Origin: Amoeboaphelidium protococcarum X5
Lineage: Eukaryota > Fungi > Aphelidiomycota
Assembly: GCA_023515725.1 (NCBI GenBank)
Contig: JALDTO010000286.1
Span: forward strand, 1-5,812
DNA: 5,812 nucleotides
Reading direction: 5' to 3'
In this document: piece by piece, positions 1-5,812 of the stretch
Layout of the letters: each line of letters starts with the position of its first letter
How positions within the stretch are numbered: the first letter of the stretch is position 1
Program-made: the position numbers and the translations under genes
The notes under the pieces: model-generated
Databases searched by the model: none
What the model saw: only the letters and a program-made list of their open reading frames with translations
Told to the model about the DNA's origin: nothing

Positions 1-2
1 GA

Positions 3-1184
3 TAGAGGTGTTTAGAGGAGATGCTGCTGTGTAGACATGAATCAATCTAATTAATCAAATCTCAAATTGTCATAGTACTTAGTATATTGAAGTCCATCTC
101 TACACCGAGCGCTTGGAGTAGTAAGCTTGTTCTGTATCAAATGATGCATAAGAGATTGTAAAAGTGTCGTAGTGATTATAAAAAGCTGCTGCCGTATATT
201 AATGAATTAACATCTTAGAGCCATGTAGATTTGTTATAAAGATTACGCGTCAACCAGTTCAATCGTCCACAATCAGCCAGTGCAGTAGATGATAATGTGC
301 CTATGTTGAACAATTCACCAGATGATCATCCTCCATTATAGATTGAATAAGCATGTCATGGTGTATAAGTTGAATAAGAGTGTGAACAAGTTTTTGAGAA
401 TATTGCCGATACTACCTAACAGGTCAATGTCGAGAACTGTGCAATGTAAGACGCTGCTCCAGATGTTGAGTAAGTGGCGGGTGATAATCTTCATAATCCA
501 ATCTAATTCGGCGATTCACCTGTAAAGTAACCTGACGAGTAAGGCGCTGATTTGCCAGTCGATACTCATCCCATAACTCAAGCTTTAGAGAGCTTCTGCA
601 ATGGAAATGAGCCGCGATTGAAAGATGATGTTTTATTTTATGCCTTCAAGTCTCTCAAGTTAGAAGCTCATTCTGGAATCGTTCTACTTGACAGTCAAAA
701 TTTGGAGAGTTGGTGTGAACACTCGAATGATTAACCTGAGCAGCGTAGGCGTTACTTTGCACGCAAACTCACTAATAATGTCACCGATGTCGTAATTCTT
801 CGTCATCTCATGAACAGAGGCCCTCCTCATTGGAATGTATACCATCTTGTGGTAAATAATAGTGTGGCAAAGTTGCGATTCTACTGTTCGGCTGGTTATG
901 AAGTTGATATGTCTTTTGTTGATTAACTTAAACATCTATTTCAGAATGCTGTTTCTTTTGATCTACGATTGGAATTTGACGCGCCGTAAGTCATCTAAGG
1001 TCCCAAATAGAAAGATGGGCATAGTTGTGGAGTCTATGCTTTCTGGTATGCTAAGCAAATTGTTAAATAAGGCACTATAAGCTCTACATCAAAAGTAAAG
1101 ATTCGTGCATTACGACAGGAGATCAAGGAACGATTGTTGAATTTGAGGCATAATTAGTAAGTGGCAACGCAAAGACAAGGCTGA
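3..1184 (+). CDS. Ulp1/SENP-like (peptidase C48, clan CE) cysteine protease domain protein, probably 5'-partial; requires TAA/TAG=Gln
   Basis: Frame +3 has no TGA for 393 codons (about 23 in-frame TAA/TAG) and ends at TGA 1182-1184. C-terminal motifs occur in Ulp1 order: RLKDDVLFYAF (cf. WLNDxxI; 615-647), HW (His 828-830), FYCS (879-890, cf. YDS), GPK-Q(TAG 1008-1010)-KDGHSCGVY (Cys 1026-1028), then a terminal helix IRALRQEIKERL. These follow an acidic Q/D/E/P-rich linker (about 260-560). In-frame ATG at 21, but TGTAG at 30-34 may be an intron acceptor, so the start is probably outside the window. Confidence 0.9.
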
Positions 1185-2260
1185 TATGAGTTCGGCGTTA
1201 AGAGTATTGAGTTAAAGTTGAGAATATATTATCATAATCTTTAATTACGTATATTTTTATCCTGTCTACGAGTTTATAATTTCCCAAGTGAGTAGCAATG
1301 AGCTGCAAGAGCGACGTGTCTTAAGATCACCTGTTACAAGTTTAAATTGTTACAGTACAACAAATCGCTTTTAAAATGGCAATGATTTGACATTAAACAA
1401 TAGTTTATATTATTTTTTTAATGTATAAAAAAGAATGGTAAAAAAAATTATGACTACGAAGTAAATGCATGTAAATTGGCATTAATCAACAGGTGATCGA
1501 CGATGCGCGTCACTAATATAAGTAAAAACCGACTATATTTTAGCTTTTAAACATAAAGTTGAAGAAAATTTACACCAAACTACTTTAAAATATGTACTAG
1601 TATAATATTAAAAGACGTTGAAAGAGTTTGCTTGAAATTTGTCAACATGTTCGGAATGTCACACCAGGACAACCACTAGTGTAAGCTTTATTTGAATCAA
1701 ACTCAACCAATCCCGAACACAGTGTCAGGTATTCAACGACAAGAACTAAATCAAATTCAAAGTTCATAGTGGTTTATTCCATTTTTGGCGCTGATTCCAG
1801 AAATATAACTTTTACAGCTCAACAATTAAAATTTACACGTGAAATTTTGCTTTGAAGTTACGCGTTTAGGCGTTATTAGTCTAGTGACTAGACACAACTT
1901 AGGTAGCGAATATGTTTGAGAATTATTATTCTTTTCTAATGTTTAGATCTTGAATATATATGAGTAATACATTTGCCGCGTTCACGTATAAGTTTGATTG
2001 TTATGATATGCTAATGTGGTCACTTATATACAATGCGCCGTATACGAGATCTTAGTGTGATCATTGTTTCAACTTAAACAATGTCGCGTTCTCTTAGTCA
2101 CATCTCACGAAATTGATTTTTTAGAAAATTCATACATATATGGATTTAATTGACAACAGAAGCAAGTTAAAAAAACTAGAGTAGTTTTAAATTTGTCTGG
2201 TTAACGTAGTCCATAGTTTTGTCGGTTGTAATACGTGATGAACAACAAGCAACCGTGCCA

Positions 2261-2758
2261 ATGACAATGGCCGAGAGCAGTGATTAAAGTAACTTCAATT
2301 CTAATTTTATCGCTATGATAAGATAAATTAATATACTCACCATGACAATGCAATCCTTTTGTCGGATTTTAGATCTAGAAGGTGTATAAGTCGCGTCTTA
2401 TCAATAGAGTCCCGTCTCGAATACTTAAAATAAGATTCGTAGCTATACCAGCGGTACGGCTATTAGCGTAATGCTTGCAAAGTTAGACATATCGACATTA
2501 ATTACTGCACAATCAGATTTGGGAGAATACTTCAGCCTTATATAATCACAGCGTGTTCTGTACTCGGGCAACCCGTTTCCTTTCATTCCTCTTTCCATGG
2601 CTGATTTGTTTCATCAAGTAATTAAGCTCTACAGTGTCAAATTTAGATACTCCAAAGTCAATGTCGTACGGAAATAGTCTCAATTAATATTATTATAACA
2701 AGAGTATGATTTAAATCTTATAGTTTAATTATCGATGTACTAAATCTGTAGACTGTGA
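2261..2758 (+). CDS. Possible 165-aa ORF (TAR=Gln), unknown function, overlapping the 5' end of gene C in another frame
   Basis: Frame +2 is free of TGA from 2117 to 2755; ATG at 2261/2267 (MTMAESSDQSNFNSNFIAMIRQINIL...). No recognisable motif, and long ORFs arise easily with a single stop codon. Confidence 0.3.
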
Positions 2759-3408
2759 GTTCTCATCCGATTTATCGTCTGCTTCGGAGAGCTTCATACC
2801 TGTTAGACGCATTGATTCGTTTGAATAAATATTAAAAGACTATAACAATGAACAATCCAATAAATAGAGATATACAAAAAATGCTCAAGGCTCCGTGAAA
2901 ACAAGCTAAAGTTTACATAGACCGGCACCGCTGTTGAACGTTGGATCCGTTAATGTCAGGTAACTCACAGCTGAAGTTGAAACAAGCCCACGATCGAAAA
3001 GACTTGCTTAAAAACGTGCCACTTACCAGAAGAATAAAGACGCTTACAATGAAACAAGGAGAAGGAAGCGTTAGGACTTATAGATTCAACTCTAGTAGAT
3101 GAGTAACAATTTGAAGTAATTTTGACCTTACTGTAATTTCATGTTGTGACGCGTGGATCTTGTGTAGTTAGTTTAAAGTTGATAAAGTTAATCGCTTTGC
3201 CAAAAACAACTGTCTAATAAGCCAGCATGTATCGAATGAGAAGAATGGTGTAAAGCCTGCTAGATGTTAAAAGGCTTACATAATGATTTAGCCTGTGGAG
3301 ATATAGCTGGAGTACAAGATGTGGCATCTATATCAAGACCAAAACGCCAGGATTCAGACGTTGATACATGAATTGCAAAGCTCACTGAGCTCTTTACAGA
3401 CTGAATGA
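2661..3408 (+). CDS. Hypothetical 215-aa protein with basic region plus coiled coil (possible nuclear/DNA-binding); join(2661..2703,2752..3115,3168..3408)
   Basis: Frame +3 is TGA-free from 2346 to 3122 with first ATG at 2661. A GTAATT...TGTAG intron removes the stop and shifts into an 80-codon last exon ending TGA 3406-3408. Contains RSKRLAQKRATYQKNKDAYNETRRRKRQDLQIQLQQMSNNL. The start and the first (in-frame, 48-nt) intron are less certain; an alternative donor GTAACA at 3103 would give a shorter C-terminus. Confidence 0.7.
2704..2751 (+). other. Putative spliceosomal intron of gene C (48 nt, phase 1)
   Basis: GTATGA...CTGTAG, very AT-rich, same size class as the other introns. It is 3n and stopless in frame, so not required for the ORF. 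Confidence 0.6.
3116..3167 (+). other. Spliceosomal intron of gene C (52 nt, phase 2)
   Basis: GTAATT...GTGTAG; removes in-frame TGA 3123-3125 and joins to a long open frame. Confidence 0.7.
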
Positions 3409-3683
3409 CTGAATCTATTACGTGTAATGAAGTTATAACGAAGACAATAACGCGCTTCGTCCGAAGGTTTTAACTTTGCCTCTTTGTATCTTTGTACTGC
3501 TCAGCACCGTACTGTTAGTGAAACCCAATTAAATAAGCACGTGGCAAATTTGTTGAATAGATTAATAGATTAGACATAATCAATTAATTAATAACACTCA
3601 CAAATTCACACAACAACTCTAGACCACTCCACCAAAAGACTAAAGGATTAGTAAACATTCCATAAATAGCAAGCCACAATGAT

Positions 3684-5150
3684 TCAAATATCACTATCGA
3701 GATCTGACTTGAGATCGGCAGACTTAGTATCGATATCATCTTCTACACTCATTGGCAAAAGGTCACTCATAAAACTACGTAAAATTCAGACATACTTACT
3801 CAATCTGAACACCATATGGCCATTCTTGCACGCATACTCCAATGCACGCAGCTAAGAAGGCGTATATCCATACTTCTACTACTCGCTTGTGGTAAAAGGA
3901 CGTCGAATTTTTATAGGGACATCGGAGCCTTTAGACTCCGGATTATTAGGAATGCCATCAATTATGATGGACTGCTGCCAATTAGTGAAAGGGAATGACT
4001 TGTTCTTGTTCGGAATGAATTCGACTGCTTTATCTACACGAAATTTATAAAGATAATATAGGCGATAAGCACACCACATTAGATCGACATACTCCACTGA
4101 TTCTGAAAGTACTCTGTCAAATACTAAATACGCTCAGACTGCTCATTCTTGCCAAAATCAGTAATTGTCTCCACCTTAGGCATTGAATCACGGCCGACAA
4201 TAACTACATTATGATTAATTGTACAATCTTTCGTCATATTCTAGCTTACAACGCGCATTGATACCAGAAGCTTACAAGCAATCCATCGCTTGCACAGACA
4301 GATCTATAGACTTAATAAAGCTGTGATCCGCCTTTCCGAATTTCTCGTGGTAGGCACTAACAGCCTGCGACATTACCTCAGTCTACACCACGTTAATTTT
4401 ACTGACTGCCGGCTTTGCATCCAGATGAGAATGCTGCCAGATGAGACAATGTGTCTCCATTCCAATTTGCGGGCCGTAAGGAATCTACACAAACAAAACG
4501 CGATCACTTCAAATACAATAATAAAACTTACCACCTGCTCCAGGATATCCATAGCTTTAGAACGCATTTCTGGATACCATTCTTTAGGATATGGTCCATA
4601 CTTTGCGGCATACTCATAGTTCTTCAATTCCGAAGGCTTCAATGACTTAAAACGCCTATCGAAATTAACATTATATTCCAGCATTCCTTTAGATTCTTAT
4701 GAGCCTACAGCATGATACACATATATGAGACAACGCAATAGAATAAAGTATCTTACCACTTTTGCCACCCCACAATTTCTTCAAGTAATTCCTAGTTGAC
4801 AGACGGAACAACGATGGAATTTCGGCTTTATCAACTTCTACACAAACGATATGACTGAAATTACTACGCAATTAGAATATATACCATGGTCATCCTTTTT
4901 TCGCTTAGGCGCTTTAACACTTTCCTAATTCAAATTGTCAGCAGGGTCCATCTTCGCCGGGATATCATTACTTTCGGCTTCGACAACCGTGCCATTGTTA
5001 ATCGAGGCTTCCTGTTACACCTACATTAATTCGTGACAATGCATATGATGAGGCAGAAGCAAACTAATAGCTTACATTGACAGTATCTGATTAATTCTCA
5101 TCCTCTAGGTCACTATCAATTTTCAGCTTCTTCTTAATTCTAGCAGTCAT
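3684..5150 (-). CDS. Hypothetical 367-aa protein, 8 exons, probably nuclear; complement(join(3684..3742,3800..4033,4093..4203,4250..4484,4532..4704,4757..4837,4885..5020,5076..5150))
   Basis: ATG 5150-5148 to TGA 3686-3684. Seven GT-AG introns with compatible phases give 1104 nt (368 codons) with no internal TGA and several TAA/TAG sense codons. The model incorporates the supplied minus-strand ORF fragments 4689..4871, 4373..4684 and 3879..4097. Charged N-terminus with KKKLK and PKRKK, globular-looking middle and C-terminal part (…YGPYPKEWYPEMR…FPFTNWQQSIIIDGIP…QLRALEYACKNGHMVFRL), acidic tail. No family recognised. Confidence 0.88.
3743..3799 (-). other. Gene B intron 7 (57 nt, phase 1)
   Basis: GTAAGT...GTGTAG; 3n length, contains in-frame TGA. 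Confidence 0.75.
4034..4092 (-). other. Gene B intron 6 (59 nt, phase 1)
   Basis: GTATGT...GTGTAG; joins QNQW to N-KAVEFIP. Confidence 0.85.
4204..4249 (-). other. Gene B intron 5 (46 nt, phase 1)
   Basis: GTAAGC...ATGTAG; the unspliced frame hits TGA shortly downstream. Confidence 0.85.
4485..4531 (-). other. Gene B intron 4 (47 nt, phase 0)
   Basis: GTAAGT...GTGTAG, T-rich; joins ILEQV to IPYGPQ. Confidence 0.85.
4705..4756 (-). other. Gene B intron 3 (52 nt, phase 1)
   Basis: GTAAGA...CTGTAG; joins WGGKS to G-SQESKGMLEY. Confidence 0.85.
4838..4884 (-). other. Gene B intron 2 (47 nt, phase 1)
   Basis: GTATAT...GTGTAG; two nearer YAGs would keep a frame that terminates at TGA, and only the TGTAG restores the frame. 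Confidence 0.8.
5021..5075 (-). other. Gene B intron 1 (55 nt, phase 0)
   Basis: GTAAGC...ATGTAG; an in-frame alternative acceptor AACAG lies 9 nt downstream (ends 5012). Confidence 0.8.
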
Positions 5151-5277
5151 GATATATAAGTTTTTGTGATCGAAATCGGTTTAAAGAATGAAAGAATAAA
5201 AGAACAACAGTGCGTATGCCACTTGGTTTCAGGACGTTGTGACCAAAAGTTCTCAACACAAACGTTTAAGCAAGTAT

Positions 5278-5322
5278 CTATATAACTTATATAGCGGATC
5301 CTGTTTTCCGATCAAACAGGAT
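5278..5322. repeat. Two adjacent inverted repeats (hairpins)
   Basis: CTATATAA-C-TTATATAG (5278-5294) and ATCCTGTTT-TCCGATC-AAACAGGAT (5298-5322), both with perfect arms. Confidence 0.8.
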
Positions 5323-5324
5323 TC

Positions 5325-5345
5325 CATATCATGCATATCATGCAT
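5325..5345. repeat. 9-bp tandem repeat (CATATCATG)x2 + CAT
   Basis: Read directly from sequence, immediately after the second hairpin. Confidence 0.75.
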
Positions 5346-5591
5346 TTATTAATACGTTTAAGGGAAGCGCGTGCGATTGAATGCACAGCGAGCTGGTGGC
5401 TCTCTTTGCTTAAATGCAGTTCATAATAAAAAAACATCTACCACGCATAAAAACAAGAATACATTCCTAGTTACACTAATAGTATCATCAGAGATGATAT
5501 ATTTGAAGTGTGGTAGCACACTCAGACGGTACTAGCATAGCCGGTCGGCGATTCCTGATCTTGAAACAAGCTTACTACGCGTTTATCGAAA

Positions 5592-5787
5592 ATGTTTAGT
5601 AAATCCGCCAGTACCGCAAATAATACATTATAAATGGTGCGCAAGCATTTAAGATTACTGAGAGTATACCACGATGAAAAAGATCCGATCCAAACGCTAA
5701 TTTAACGGCTTGTTTAGATTTTCACATTTTTCCCTCAAACAGAAATTATGATCGCGCGTTGCACACATCAAACACACGAAATAGATA
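5592..5787 (+). CDS. Probable first coding exon of a gene continuing beyond the window (hypothetical protein)
   Basis: AAAATG start, 65 TGA-free codons (MFSKSASTANNTLQMVRKHLRLLRVYHDEKDPIQTLIQRLVQIFTFFPQTEIMIARCTHQTHEID, 3 TAR codons), followed by a consensus donor GTAAGT at 5788 and T-rich sequence. Confidence 0.45.
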
Positions 5788-5812
5788 GTAAGTTTTCTTT
5801 ACACCAGAGGTC

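Noticed and set aside
2-540. Blastocrithidia-type code (all three stops reassigned) in frame +2
   Set aside because: Gives an implausibly Trp/Cys-rich product; frame +3 explains the region with TGA retained as stop, and TAG maps to a conserved Gln rather than Glu.
322-1080. Supplied ORFs 322..525, 684..935 and 862..1080
   Set aside because: Off-frame or antisense shadows of the Ulp1-like gene; only 552..734 is in the true frame and it is a fragment cut at TAA.
3-1184. Pseudogene interpretation of the many in-frame stops
   Set aside because: About 23 TAA/TAG with zero TGA, no frameshifts and intact His/Cys motifs is not the pattern of neutral decay.
2098-2343. Minus-strand ATG|GTGAGT with a downstream signal-peptide-like stretch (LLQSLLSAIVIGTVACC)
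   Set aside because: Needs an AAG acceptor unlike the TGTAG consensus and terminates after about 65 codons; unsupported.
3775-3795. Alternative 21-nt intron (GTATGT...CGTAG) at the end of gene B
   Set aside because: Far shorter than the 46-59 nt class; the 57-nt GTAAGT...TGTAG intron fits the consensus and reaches the same final frame.
3816-4645. Supplied plus-strand ORFs 3816..3998, 4290..4619 and 4451..4645
   Set aside because: Antisense to the well-supported spliced gene B; no motifs.
5188-5661. 157-codon TGA-free ORF on + strand (MKEQKNNSAY...)
   Set aside because: Starts only 37 bp from the divergent ATG of gene B, runs through the hairpins, overlaps candidate gene D and has no motifs; such lengths can occur by chance with one stop codon.
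5421-5810. About 130-codon minus-strand frame with CxxC-like motifs
   Set aside because: In-register antisense of candidate exon D; no supporting splice signals.
1-5812. Prokaryotic or phage features (CRISPR array, tRNA, rRNA, recoded phage genes)
   Set aside because: No repeat-spacer periodicity, cloverleaf or rRNA motifs seen; GT-AG introns indicate a eukaryotic nuclear context.

Overview
AT-rich, intron-containing eukaryotic DNA that looks almost non-coding in the standard code but resolves into genes when TAA/TAG are read as sense codons (Gln, translation table 6 type) and TGA is the only stop. The supplied ORF track is therefore mostly fragments and shadows. Manual models: (A) <3..1184 (+), a Ulp1/SENP-like (peptidase C48) cysteine protease whose conserved oxyanion-hole Gln is encoded by TAG and whose usual catalytic Asp position holds Cys; (C) 2661..3408 (+), a spliced 215-aa protein with a basic/coiled-coil segment; (B) 3684..5150 (-), an 8-exon, 367-aa protein of unknown function with NLS-like motifs; (D) a probable first exon at 5592..5787 (+). 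All nine inferred introns are 46-59 nt, start GTA and end in TGTAG. Two adjacent hairpins and a 9-bp tandem repeat lie in the divergent B/D spacer. Region 1185..2660 is unresolved. The host is not identifiable from sequence alone; an intron-rich TAR=Gln lineage (e.g. the aphelid Amoeboaphelidium protococcarum, a ciliate, an oxymonad or an ulvophyte alga) is inferred.
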